In this document: positions 1 through 12,896 of the stretch, piece after piece | Layout: each line of letters starts with the position of its first letter | How positions within the stretch are numbered: the stretch's first letter is position 1 | Source of the DNA: Euprymna scolopes | Lineage: Eukaryota | Assembly: GCA_053919585.1 (NCBI GenBank) | Contig: CM132786.1 | DNA length: 64,000 bases | Reading direction: 5' to 3' (one strand) | The notes under the pieces: generated by a model | Seen by the model: only the letters and a program-made list of their open reading frames with translations | Told to the model about the DNA's origin: nothing | The model's database searches: none | Program-made: the position numbers and the translations under genes

Positions 1-325
1 AGATGAATTTGGAGATGTGCCAAGATGAGTCAAAGTTTTTCGAAAGACTGGTTACACAGGATGAAACAGGGTCCATCACAATGACCCAGAGACCAAAGCC
101 CAGTCAATGCAGTGGAAGCACTTGAACTCACCACCTCCAAAGAAGACAAGGGTGCATCCCTCCGCTGGCAAGGTCATGCTCACAGTCTTCTGGGACCAGG
201 AAGGAGTAGTGATGACAGAATTCCTGGCAAAGGGTACCACGATTACAGGAGCCTATTATGCTTCACTTTGGAGGAAATTAAGGGAAGCTATCAAAATCAA
301 GAGGCGGGGCGAGATCAGCAAACGT
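1..325 (+). mobile_element. Tc1/mariner transposase fragment (DDD catalytic region)
   Basis: VTQDET and QWKH...GKVMLTVFWDQEGVV...TITGAYY are mariner motifs. Nucleotide sequence matches the reverse complement of about 55545-55870. Confidence 0.9.
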
Positions 326-1279
326 GTATGAGTTTGAATATAGATATAATTTTCTTTTTAATCAAGAAAATCTTCAGAATGTTTTCTCTTTATGTATTTT
401 TATTTTGATGAAATAAAAGGAGATTATTTTTCACTTGCGTCTAAAGAGATATCACATAAAACATTAATTGATTCAATGGACATTTAGCGAAGTGACGCAA
501 AAAGTTTACAAAAGGAATAGGCAAGTTATCACTTGGTAAATGACCAATAAATAAAAAAAACTTTAACTCCGCGAATCAGTGTTAAATCTGTAAATGAGAT
601 TTATAACACGTTCTGTGACCATTCTCGGTTGTAAATGAATAAACTTCTAATATAAAACAATCTGAACTAGTTTCAGTTTTATTGTCAAAAGAGAAAGAAA
701 ATAAATAAAAGAAAAGAATCGGTTTTGAATAGGAAAATATAGTTGATATTATTATCAATATTATCAAAATGAAAAAAAAACAACTATCTTTTGTATTGAA
801 CTTCTATATTTTACTTAATAATTGTACACAAACAAAAATGTGTTGTTGGATAAAAAGCAGATTGTACAAAAATATTATTATACTAGCTGTACCCTGCCAC
901 GCGTTGCAGTGGCTCAATTTGGTGTAATGGAAAAATTTAATAAAAGAGAAAATGCATGTTTCTTATATTAGTACAGCAATCCACTGCAAAAAGTGAAAAA
1001 GAAGGCGAAACTGAAAAAAAATGGTGCTCTTGCAGAATTTGATCTGGATCCTCGAGAGTTTCTGTCAATCATTCATGTTTTGGACTTGACCAACAATCAG
1101 TGGATGAAGCCGAACGTAGCAAAAATGTTGAAACGCTAAATGCTTTTTTTTGTTGTTGTTTTAAAAAATGTGATTTAGTAATTAATATTTGGTTGATGGT
1201 GGGGGGAGGGGGGTTACTATACACAGATTCGAAAAAGTCGTCCAAAAACAAATAAATGAAAGCAAAGGTAAGGTAATTT

Positions 1280-1945
1280 ACGTTTCTACCTAATTGGATA
1301 ATTGTTTAGTGTTTTTATGTAATGTAAAATGTTTAATTGGCTCAAAAAACAGAAATGGTCGCGAATTCTGTTGAATACGTTAAGTTTGGGAAAGTAAGTT
1401 GAAAACTAAAAACTATACAAAACAGTGTCTGAAACTCACCGAACATATGTTACCATGACATAGGCTGGCATAATCGGTAGGTTTCTGACAGTATTTTTTT
1501 ATAGTTTTTTTAGTTTTAACTCACTTTCTCTAACTTAAAGTAATCAACAGTGTCCACCACCATTTTTAGCTTTCAAATACACCAATAAACACTGTTTTTC
1601 GAGCCGACTAAACGTTACATTAAATGAAAAGGGTTTATATTACTAAACACAGATACAAAGAAGTTGTCAAAAAATAAATATATAACAAATAAATGTTATC
1701 AAAGGCAAGAAAAGTAAGTGTTCTACCTAACTGGATAAGATTTTAGTGTTTTTATGTAATGTATAATCGGTTCAAAAACATTCAATGTTAATCGGTATAT
1801 CTGAAAAATACAAATGGCGGCAGACTGTATCGAACATGTTAAGTTTGGGGAAATTTTGGGAAAATGAGTTTAAACTAAAAATACTGTTAGGAACTCACTC
1901 AATATATGTTACCATGATGTAGGCTGGCATATAATCGGTGGTTTT
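1280..1945. repeat. Degenerate palindromic repeat plus a partial direct second copy
   Basis: 1283-1480 is repeated at 1721-1945 (TTCTACCTAA-TGGATAA...TATGTTACCATGA..TAGGCTGGCATA). 1475-1625 is an imperfect inverse of 1320-1440. Confidence 0.6.
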
Positions 1946-2068
1946 AAACTTTTGCTCGATACAGGTGACGACTTTTAAAAATCCCTTTTAGTGATTACCT
2001 GGTTTGAGGATATTTGTACAACTAAACGGCAAATCTGCTCCAAAAAATCCGGTATTATTTTACTTTAA

Positions 2069-2630
2069 GGCCCGTTTCCTGTTCATATATAACGAAATAT
2101 TTTATTGTAGATTTCGGTGTGCTAAAAACGAATCTGCAAACCGTTTACGTAGCAAAAAAAAAGTTTTCATGACATTCATGAAATTACTTTTTCTAAAAGT
2201 GGGTGATCACTTTTCAATGTAAATTTAACTTAGAATGAGCACCCACTTTCTGGCCACCTGAGAGAGGGGCATTTTTCTGTTTCTTGGCTAAAAAGTTTTT
2301 TTTTTTATTTCTTTTGCATGGTATTAACCCCTGAACTCTGGGACTATTTTCCATTTAACAGCCGTAGCCTTCGTTTACGCTATGCGTAAGCATAAACGAA
2401 AGCTGTTTAGCCAATAAACATGGGAAAAAATCCCCTCTCTCTCAGGTGGCTAGAAAGTGGGTGGTCATTTTAAGTTAAATTTACATGGAAAAGTGATCGC
2501 CACTTTTTCGAAAAAGTAATTTCTTCATAAAAACTATTTTTTGTGACGGAAACGGTTTGCAGATTCGTTTTTAGCACACCAAAATCTACAAAAAAAATTT
2601 TGTTATTTACGAACGTGAGACGCACAGCCC
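2069..2630. mobile_element. MITE with about 230-bp TIRs and TTAA TSD (Kolobok-like termini)
   Basis: TTAA at 2065-2068 and 2631-2634. Termini GG...CC. Arms such as GTGCTAAAAACGAATCTGCAAACCGTTT / AAACGGTTTGCAGATTCGTTTTTAGCAC. Confidence 0.75.
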
Positions 2631-2724
2631 TTAATGGAAAATTATATCAAAACTCCGGGGGAAAATAGTTTTCAATAAAAACAGCAAATGAATTCGATAG
2701 AAAAAAATGGATGCTATTTTTTTC

Positions 2725-3045
2725 TGTCTGTGTGTTTCTTGGCTAAAAAGTCTTTTTGGTTGATTTCTTTTGCATGGTATTAACCCCTGGACTCTGGGAC
2801 TATTTTCCATTTCACAGACGTAGCCTTTGTTTATGCTATGCGTGAGCATAAACGAAAACTGCTAAATATGCATTCGCGTAGCAAACTGCCTTGTCAAAAA
2901 AAACTTTAAGCCAATAAACACGAAAATAAATGCCCCTTCCTCAGGTGGCCAGAAAGTGGGTGCTCATTTTAAGTTAAATTTAGATGGAAAAGTGATCACA
3001 CACTTTTCAAAAAAAAATTTCTTCAGATCATGAAAACTATTTTGA
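2725..3045. repeat. Truncated second copy of the 2069-2630 MITE
   Basis: Direct similarity to 2278-2540 (TTTCTTTTGCATGGTATTAACCCCTG, CTCAGGTGGC.AGAAAGTGGGTG). Confidence 0.75.
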
Positions 3046-3172
3046 TACTCCTTGGGCGTTGAGTTCCATGGCGACCCGCAGAATTATTTAATGGTCGTTC
3101 CCTTAGTACCCCCTAGTCAAGGCTAACGCATGCGCACGTAACATTTTTTATTTATTTACTTACGTGGTGGAG

Positions 3173-4282
3173 TTTCTATACTGATAGGTTTTTTGAAATT
3201 TTTTCACTGGATTATTATTGATTGAACACTAACCAGATTATGAAAAAAAATTGAAACAAAAAAAATCATTTCAACATTTGAAAGGGATACCCACTTTTTA
3301 GTTACCACGTTCTGGTAAATCGGTCACTTTTTATTTATTTATTTTTTTTTTCTAAATACGGAAGTGTCTTCGTGAGATATAAAATGGTCGCATGTTGACG
3401 AAGCAATGTATCGGGAGACGTACGGGATTAAAAATTATTGGTAAATTTTTAGATTAGGTCCACCTCCTCAATTTTCTTTTAAATGACGACTTGAAATGGT
3501 TTTCGACTATGCTGAATACGAAAATCGCATCGAAATTTTGCAGAAATAAGTAGTTATCAAGATATAAAAAGTTGTATTATGCATTGTAATCTTTGGCGGC
3601 CATCTTTTTTACGTGTGTGTATTTGTTTATGGCGCGTGTGCACGTAAAAAGATGGCCGCCGAAGAATACAATGCATAATACAACTATTTATTTCCGCAAA
3701 ATTTCAATGCAATTTGCGTGTTCAGCATACTCGGAAACCTATAAATGTCGTAATTGAAAGGAAAATTGTGGAGGTGGACCTAATCTAAAAAAATACCAAA
3801 TTATTAAACATTTCTCCAGCATGTTAGTGAAATTTATAATACTTTTAAAAAATTAAAAAGAAACAAAACAAAAGTTTTGAAAAAAAACTCACCTTTCACA
3901 AAAACAATTAAAAAAAAACACAAACTGACTAAATACGTAAAAAAAAAATAATTAAAAATCTCGAAACTTTATTTTCATGAAAACAATAAAAAAAAGTCCT
4001 GTTCTCTCTATTTTTTTTCTTTGAGAAACAAATATATTTCTGACTTACAAATACGGTAGAGACTCATTATTTTTACTTTCTATGGTTTTGATATAACGCG
4101 TTTTTATTGCTTACAAAATGAGTGACTGATTTATCAGAACGTTGTAACTAAAAAGTGAGCACCACTTTCAAATGTCGAAATAATGATTTCTTTTTTACAT
4201 TTTTTTTAATAATCTGTTTAATTAGTGTCCAATCAATAATAATCCAGTGAAAAAAAATTCCAAAAACCTATAAGTATAGAAA
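3173..4282. mobile_element. TIR element / MITE with about 160-bp inverted arms
   Basis: 3173-3330 is the inverse of 4120-4282 (TTTTTTCACTGGATTATTATTGATTG / CAATCAATAATAATCCAGTGAAAAAA). No TSD resolved. Confidence 0.7.
3440..3797. mobile_element. Palindromic MITE, Merlin-like
   Basis: Exact 8-bp TSD AAATTATT (3432-3439, 3798-3805). Termini GGTA...TACC. Almost the whole element is an inverted repeat centred near 3625. Confidence 0.85.
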
Positions 4283-5239
4283 TTAAGCATGGGAGTAATG
4301 TTTGTACAACAACGTCGCCTTTCGCACTTTTACAAAAAAATTTTTAAAAAGTAACTAAACCATTTATTGATAATTTGTCACGTGTACAAACATTTATTTA
4401 TTTACGTAGGCTTAACTCCTTTCATGAATAAGAAAAGTTTTACTCTTTAAGAATAATAAAAGGAAAAAGGTACTGAACATTTATAAAAGGACTTCTTTTC
4501 ATGAAGGCCAGAGGAATAGTTGGCCGAAAATTCGTGAAACAACAACAATAAATAAAAATGGTGCTAATGCAGAGAGCCGCGCTATTTTTTAAATCATATT
4601 TCCACGTTTAAATAACGTTTTACGATATGTTTTTTTTTATTTATTCAATTGTAAGGTTAAAGTACAGAATAGGTACAAAACATCTTTACCTCCCCATGTG
4701 AAGAATGACTTTTTAATAATAACATTATTTCAGCACGGATTACTCTCTGCATGAGTAATCTTATATAGAAAAAAAAACTCAAAAGCAAGCAACAAACTTT
4801 TTTTTTGGCCTTATATAATAAAGAAAAGATGTGTAAATTAAAAAATTTGGAAGATAAACAAATGTAATATGTTTTTTTTTTTTTTTTTTTTTACTTATCG
4901 AGTTAACAGAAAATTAAACCTTTCGTCAATTCGTGGCTGTGAAATGAATCGAACCGGAAGTTCAGTTTTATCAACAGAACAGATTCGCAGAAACGATAAA
5001 TAAATATATTTATTTTATTTAATATTTTAATTTTAATTAGGTAAATTTATTTTAATAACATAAAAACATATCTCGACTCTAAAAATGTGTTGTCTGAAAA
5101 TTTCAAATAAATTGGTAACGTATAAACATGGTTTTATTTCTTTAGAACGAACCAACTTTACATTTTTATATATAGAGATTGTGTTTAGTTTGAGACAAAC
5201 GTCACCCTAGTCTCTAAAAGAGCAGTCTTTTTCAAGAAC

Positions 5240-5720
5240 TTTCTGGTGGATCGAAGAATGGAAAACATCCGTGCAAATATGCGAACTTATCATCAATAGA
5301 TCAGAGAATGATTAAAGACAATATGCGAGAGAAAAGAAGAGACAGCGAATCAAATGAGAAGAAATAACATGGATGAACAGCAAGAGATTAAATCTTTAGA
5401 ACACGCACAAAGGAGATTTCAAAACAGAATATGAAGCGTGAGTGCAATGGATGGCGAGATAATAGCAGATGTCAACAGAGGCAAAGAATACACCAAAGAA
5501 GATAAATAGATATTCTGACACTGTGGAATAACCACTTGATATCGATCAAATAAACAGTGTCTACTGTGGAGCATTTAGGTTTAGAAATATTAGTCAAAAT
5601 GCATTGTTACAATATCCAGAGAAATAAAAAAAATATTTGAAGAAAGTGACCATGTATTTGTTTAATTTTTAAAAATATTACAAATTACAACTCTGCATTT
5701 TCGTTTACATGATTGTTGCT
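5240..5720 (+). pseudogene. Helitron RepHel N-terminal remnant
   Basis: Translations resemble VYCGAFRF (degenerate C-x2-C-x-A-x2-F) near 5560-5582 and FKNITNYNSAFSFT near 5668-5710 (F-x-NIRxYNSAFxF motif). Confidence 0.6.
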
Positions 5721-6001
5721 TATCCTTACGCATAGTTATAAATAAGATCGTCCAAATCATTGGTGAAATAGACTCATTATTAATCAGAAACATTTTAAAC
5801 CTCCCTTTATTTGGATATAATGAGAAATCGTTTCAGACTCGATTTCGTTTGATAGCGTGAAACTAAAGAAAATATATTCATTTTCGTTTTTTGTGTTTTA
5901 TATATTTTTGGAATTCATGCTTATTACTATTGATCAAAAATAACATAAACACATTGGTATAATAAGTATAAACATAGGTAATCCTTAATCATATTTTTAA
6001 G

Positions 6002-6043
<42 letters not shown>

Positions 6044-6171
6044 GTGCATATACATATATATATACACAAATGCATGCAAGTATACATAAGTTTAGAATTT
6101 AAAAATATAAGTCCAAATGCATACATATATACATATATATATAAATACAAATACATATATATACATGTTTC

Positions 6172-6220
<49 letters not shown>

Positions 6221-9200
6221 TATACACATTTTTAAATATATATACGAATACAGATATACACATTTTTCAAATATACTTACAATTGTTTTTAAGAAAAAGT
6301 CTGAGGAAAGAAGAAGGGAAGAAATTTCACTTTCTTTTTTAAAATCAAAGTTTGAACCATTCTGTTAGATATTTTTAGTTGTTAATTTGCTAAGAAAGAC
6401 AAGAGAAAAATTGTCGTAGTTTTGCGTCATATATGGGACAATTAACTTTCTTTTTTTTTTTCGACTTCTCATTTTGGTTATGAAAATAGATTTCTTCAAA
6501 ATTACATTCCCAAAAGTTCAGCGATAAAATGGTTTTTATCTTCTCTTTGTTACAGAAATGGCGTTTATATTATTTTTAGATGCTACATAATTAAGAGTAA
6601 TGGATTTTACAGATTTCCTTTCTCATAAAATTATATTTGATATCAATATGCGTCAACCTTTGATGAATCCTACAGTTATTTTCTAATAAGATCCTACTCT
6701 GGTTGTCATTATAGATTACTATAGTCATTACTTTTACTTAGATCTGGTTTTAATATACACTTTTGAAGGGTTTTTAGAAAAATTGCCTCGTGTGTTGAGT
6801 GTGCAATTACAAAAAATTCTGCTTGGCATGTAGAAAGGTCACAATTTATTGTTTTTACTCTTCCAGAGCATCATAGTTCCAGTCTTTGACAATCGAAAAC
6901 AGTATTTGTTATACATTTTCGATCCTCCGAGTTACCACGATCTTAAAATCCTTCAGAATTTAGAGGATATGTCTACTCTTAAAATACTAAAGATTTTAAC
7001 TTGATTCCTTTTAGATAACGAAAGAATTGCACGAGTTTAGTCCCTAATTGTCTTGGATAAGTTTTGAGATAGCTTTGTTACAGAATATCCCATACCAGGC
7101 CTAGTGGCGGTCATCAAATAGATTAGACTTTCAATAATTTCTCTGTATAATCGATCGTCTATTAATTTAGTTTCGCGTTCTGTATTCTTATTTATATGAA
7201 TCTTAACAGCAGTTATACATATTTTGCAATCTTCTATTCCAAATGTCCACATGACTTTTTTAATGTACCATTTTTGGTTCATTTTTATAGTTTCATTTTC
7301 ACGAATAAACTTTATACTAAGGAACCATGATAACTGTCCAAGATCAGCCATTTAATATATTTTTTTATTTAATTTATTTTTGACATCTTTTAAAGTGCTG
7401 TCACAATTTGAGACACGTAATATATCGTCAACGCAAAAAAACAAATTCTACAATTTATTATCTATATTTTTGGTATACATGCACATGCCTAAGGGATACT
7501 AACTTAATTTTTGTATTATTAAATAATTATAATGTTGAAGATTCCAATTGTGAGCGCTTTGTTTTAGACAGTACAGTGGCTTATTCAATTTCCATAGAGG
7601 GAGGGGGAAATATAAATCTCATAGTTCTAATCGGAGCATTTAAATAATCCTTTTTACAGTTATTTGATATATTTTTAAATTGTATTGAACGGCACGTTTC
7701 AATAGAATTCTAGTTGTCGTTAAATTTGTCGTTGGTGAGATTGTGGCAAAATAATCGACTCTTGAAATTTGGGAAAAACCTTTTGCAATAAGGCATGCTT
7801 TATAAGTTTCAGTGCCAGTGGCTGTCACGTGTGTTTTCTTGTAAAAACCCAGCGAGAAGAAATTATATTCTTAACCCCTGTTTTCTGTAGCATTCCATAT
7901 TATTTTCAGAAAAAAAAACTTCCATTTAGTATTGCATACCTCTTTTCCATTCGTGGTGATTTTCTGAAATAATCGCCTCAATACAATTTTCTGGTGCGCT
8001 TTTCAACAAGTAACAGTAATCTATTGCGTAGTCTTGTAGCATTTTCGATTTTTACATGTGCCTCATTTTTCGATCTCTTATCGGGTATCGACGTTTCGGG
8101 TTAATATTTACGTCAGTAGATTTACTGCAATTTTCATACTTATTATTTTCGTTGTGATCGACAATAACACTATGTAATATTTCCTCGCGTTTTTCGTCCA
8201 TTGTTTCTTACATTTTGTAAATTAAATGTGTCATTAAATTTTAAACATTTGACGTTTTTTATGGCATATTAATCTGGAAAATCGATTAAGTAAGCTCGGA
8301 TGCTTTTATCGTAACCCATGAAAATACCATTTTCCTTTTAATGTTTAGTTTACACTTATATTTTATGAATGAGAAGTAATTTGAACCAAATATATGCATT
8401 CGGTTCAATTTGAGTTTTACACAGCAAAACGTTTCATACGGGAGTTTGCCTAATCTTTTATGGAACGATCTCTTTCTTGGTATATGCCGCCGCTTTTAAA
8501 CTTTGGGCTAATTTCCATTTGATAAATAAGCATCTTGCCATCTCGAATAGGATCCGCCATGATCTTCCAACGGTGCCATTTTGAAAGGAGTAATTTCTGT
8601 TGTGTAATACGATGATTAATTAATATAAGTTTTAAGTCTTATCTAGTAAATTCTGAACGAATACATTTTACAAAACCGCACGTGGTGATGTTACCTAAAT
8701 ATTTCTTAGTAGCGTGGATAGTGTGGATTTTTTTAAACAATAAACCATAATTAAGCCTGAATAACCGTCAACAAAATTTAACGTCCACCTAGAGTTATCT
8801 CTTCCCAATCTGGCTTATCAGGCCTGCCAAGTCACAGTACAAAACTAAGAGAATTTTCCTGGCGTTTTTGTCTGGTCTTTTTCTTATATATTTCACCATT
8901 TTCCCTTGTGCAGAAACATTACTATTTGGGAGATTGTATGAAGGTATTAATTTCATGTCATCGACTTGATTTAATATTTCTTATATTGGACGTATTGCAG
9001 TGTTCCAGAATTTGTGCTAAATTTCAAAGTCGCAACAGGCGGTTTGTAAGGGAACTATACATTTTAAATAATATAGTCGGCCATTTTATTCAATGTCAAA
9101 TACCGTTCCATTTGGGTATATCGATTTGTACTTGTTATGGTCAAACTTTATATTCGCGCTTTGTTTGGTTTGGTTTGTACAGAAAATATGTGGTAGCTTA

Positions 9201-10235
9201 AATGTAGGTATGAAAAGAGCTTATTAAAGAATACAGTTATAAATTTCACCTTTATTATTTTTAGTGGTATTTTAGTATTGCCTCCTTTCTAAGACTATAT
9301 CGTTAATTTGACTACCGTCGGCCAGTTAAACAAATTTACTATGTTGATTAAAGTTCAAATGAAAATTAATAAAATCAGATAACTTAGTGATAACATGTGC
9401 TGAAGCGCCACAGTCTATAAGAAGATTTTAACCGTTTGTCGTGTTGCCAAAGTTACATTTAAATAAAAATGTACGTTCTTTATGAAAGTCCTCAACGTTT
9501 TTCACGGAGTCCACTTTTGAGTTTTTATATCGACATTGGAAACGTTTGTGATTACATCATCCACAATTATAACATATAAGTGTATTCCTTTTCTTGGGAA
9601 AATTGCTTTTGGGGAAAAATATTGCGGTGAGATGTGTAATTTGGTTGTGTTTCTTTTTGAGGAGAATTTTTCAACTTCATGATATTGGTAGAGTTATTGT
9701 TCACAAGCATCCGATCCGTCGCTTCGTAACTACGTAATGCTGCTTTAAATTCACGGACAGTTATGGGTTTGTCTTTTTGCGTTATAATTGTTGTAAATTG
9801 CTTAAAATCGGCTGTAACGTAAGTGTAATTGAGATGAATGCTTATTATTTCATCCCAGTTTTTAATGCATTTGCTATTGTTCCTGTCCCTGTAACATAGT
9901 CAGTAATAGGCTCGTATTCGTTACGTTTTACAGATGTTAGTTATGTATATGAATGTATAATTTTAATTTTTCCTTTTGAAAAATATTGTTCTTTTAATAA
10001 AGTCAACGCTTTACGTCCATCATCCAAGCCAACTCATATAATCAGAGACAGACTTCTGTCATGTAAGCATTGAATCAGTTCTGCAAAAAGAGTTACCTTC
10101 TTTTTGATAAATTCGACGTTGTTAGGATTATCTGGTAGATATTGAATAATATCGTGTCGTTTTCCTTAAATCCCCCAGAAATTTTACCTGTCACAGTTTT
10201 AATTTAGATTCCGATCCGTCAAACCAAAGTTGATT

Positions 10236-10250
10236 GCCCGGTGCATAACC
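10236..10250 (-). promoter_or_regulatory. Copia-type primer-binding site
   Basis: GGTTATGCACCGGGC directly after the LTR-terminal CA. Resembles the GGTTATGGGCCCAG PBS of Drosophila copia-type elements primed by an initiator tRNA-Met fragment. Confidence 0.6.
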
Positions 10251-10394
10251 TGTTAAGTTTTTGTAAGACAAAGATGACGGTAGTAAATCAAATTGGTGAA
10301 AAACTAATGCAGTTACGATATCGAGTGTTGAGCAATTCTTAATAATAAAGATGGCGGTGAAGAATCAACGTAAACCGGTTCAGTAGTTTTAAGA

Positions 10395-10762
10395 TGGAGA
10401 CTGACTCGCATCCAAAAGTGTATGAGATCAGAGGCTTTTCATTGGTCAAGTACTCTAACGCGTCTAAATCATTGGGGTCATGCTTTCATTAAGATAAGGA
10501 TGAGCCTCCTTGCAGCTTCGCCGGCTTGGAGACTGGGTAGAATACTCGTCAAGGATTCGTTCTTGACACTAAGCCCGACAGGTGCGGGGCCTCGAACCCG
10601 TCCAATACCTGTCGGACTGAGGTACGCCCAGGACGCCCACCCTTCCAAACTCTGCCATCCGACTACTGGGCGAGAGGCAAGAGTGCTCCTGCTTTAGTGG
10701 AGCTTGCTTGTATCCAACCTTCCGGCCTTGTGTTACATGATGCTCTGGTGGGGAGCATTTAA
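10395..10762 (-). repeat. GC-rich structured insertion, possibly a LINE (RTE-like) 5' UTR fragment
   Basis: Sharp GC shift. Hairpins CCGACAGG/CCTGTCGG and ATGCTC/GAGCAT. The 91-aa ORF has no recognisable homology. Confidence 0.35.
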
Positions 10763-10829
10763 ATATCTACTTTCACTGTAATTTTAAAACATTTTAACAA
10801 CTATCTATTTCTTAAGGGAGAAATCAACG

Positions 10830-11684
10830 ACTATTTCGCATTCAAGGCCAAACATATAAAATTACAACTTGGCTTTTGATCATGGGCACCACCAGTATAG
10901 TTTACTCTACATCATAAACATTGAATACAATCTGAAATACAGATAATATGATTTACAAAATTTTAAATGTTGCGCGCAGACAATATCATCCATGAATCAG
11001 GTTAAAAATCCTTATGTAAATTTGTATGGAAACATGGATTTTATTAAAAAGAACAGCAAAAAATAGCTATAAAAGAAAATAAATCAATGCTCAGGTATGA
11101 GCTGAACTTCAGAAAGGGTTAAAACATGAGATACAATTTCCTTACTAGCAATGAAATAGTTATGGTATTTATTTGTGAAAACGGTGACCCACTAAAACAT
11201 AAGAACATTGTAGCTTTCCTCAAGGGATATACCGCCTGAAAAAATATCCTACCCCTAAAGTCATTTAGACTTGATTAGCTATCCAATTTTTTTCACATGG
11301 AGAATTTGGATGGCACCCTGAAATGCAGGATCAAGAGAAATATAGAACAAGAGTTCGTAACTATCTAACAATTCAATAATTTTAAACTTTTCGCATTCCT
11401 TTTTCAGTTTGTCTCAACATATTTTTTTTTGGCCTGGAAAATTATTTCAACAATACTTAGTGGATACTTATGAGAATGTTAGGGGTTGCAGGTTGCAATA
11501 ACTCTAGAATAAGCAATGCCAATTACGTGTGGAGCATTATAATGGACTGATGAACTATTTAAACAGAAGAATATATCAGGACATCCAACTAGGAGTTCTA
11601 GTGATACTTTCCTCCTCATTCCCTGGTAGCCCTCAAAATATGCACCCAAACTGTGATGATGCAACGCCATTAGTGGCAAAATAT
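10830..11684 (+). pseudogene. Helitron Rep region, part 2 (upstream of LINE insertion)
   Basis: Motif remnants FRIQGQTY, NPYVNLY, RYNFLTSNEI, HGEFGWHP, GKLFQQYLVD, SSFPGSPQNM...LVAKY. Many stops and frameshifts. Confidence 0.85.
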
Positions 11685-12865
11685 TTTTTTATTTATTTAT
11701 TTATTTTATTTTATTTTATTTTTTTCTCGATGTAATTTTATCTTATCTCTCAGGACATTTGACCATTCTTGATTAACTTATTTTAAAAACAATTTCCTGA
11801 CTAATTTCTTTTTACCATGTCACATCGACGTAGTAATGCGGAGGGGGAATCCCTTTTTAGCTTATTTAGATGACAGAAGAACTTTATTTAAGTACAATAC
11901 TTAATAGTAACAGCCATGGTAAGGTGCAAAAAAAAAAAAGAAAAAAAGTGCCACCTAATTTAACTTTCACTATTCGTTACCTAAATATGCAGTATCTTAG
12001 CTGTGATACTAGAGCTATTCTTCCTGAGTGGATGATATGCTCCTGTACGTTACCTTAATGTCTTCCTATAAATACAAAACACGGAATTTCAGACCGCCAT
12101 GAACTAGTTCTTGTAACTGGAACAAACACCTAACTGCTAGCTACGAAATCCCAATATACATTTTACCTCCAAGACGATTACCTCTGTCTAGCCTGCATGC
12201 GCAAAAAAAAAACTTACCTGCCACTCTAAATCCTTGATCTGTTTCTTGTAAACTAATAACTCCTATCCCTTGAAGGCTAACAATCTGCTCATTCCCACCA
12301 AACCGCCACTTAACTCCTACATTTCACTCCGTTTTGTACTGGAATCTTTAACTTCCAGCCCCTGACTCTCACATGCTAACTGCTTAGTCATCACTAAACA
12401 TCTATACAATTCTACCCTCTAGACATGCATTGGAGTTCATTCCTATTCCAGTTGGGATTAAACAGCTAAAGTATGTACTCGGAAGCAAAGCACACCGCAC
12501 TGCATTACACAACTGTCCCCTCTTAGATATCTTTGCAACGCTAATACGAAACTGAACCAATGCTCTTTGCTATGCTAAATGTCCATAACTTTTACTTGAA
12601 AGCTGCAAACATCTTCTCTCAATAATAGAAACTCACCTTGTACCTCCAACTTTATTCACACCTACTAAAACCAGCCCATATATCTATTTATCAAATTACA
12701 CATGACTCAAAACTTACTGTTTTACCCGTACTATATTGCACTTGCATCTCATGCCCTGATATCATCTAAAATAGCTTTGGCACAACTCTTAGTTCAATTC
12801 TTAACTCCTACTCACACTTAAATATTATACTAGACCCAAGCTCACATGGATAAAAAAAAAAAATA

Positions 12866-12896
<31 letters not shown>

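Larger units (their letters stand above)
883..5178 (-). mobile_element. Non-autonomous Helitron carrying nested MITEs (pairing of the two ends is inferred)
   Basis: Minus-strand 3' end: hairpin GCCAC-TGCAACGC-GTGGC then GGTACAG-CTAG|T (883-913). Minus-strand 5' end: A|TCTCTATATATAAAAATG at 5178. A|T insertion site without TSD. Confidence 0.65.
6400..10799 (-). mobile_element. Degenerate Ty1/copia LTR retrotransposon
   Basis: Minus strand order gag (near 10200) to RT (YKACLIAKGFSQ..DYFATISP at 7640-7828; MADLGQLSWFLSI..YREIIESLIYLMTATRP at 7037-7351) to RNase H (RLTHIDIKYNFMR near 6620-6660). LTR/PBS junction TTAACA|GGTTATG at 10251. Outer boundaries and TSD are uncertain. Confidence 0.85.

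Noticed and set aside
6044-6368. YIYIYI-type ORFs here and at about 21.5k, 26.3k, 37.2k, 38.9k, 42.3k, 48k and 61.3k
   Set aside because: Translations of (TA)n microsatellites.
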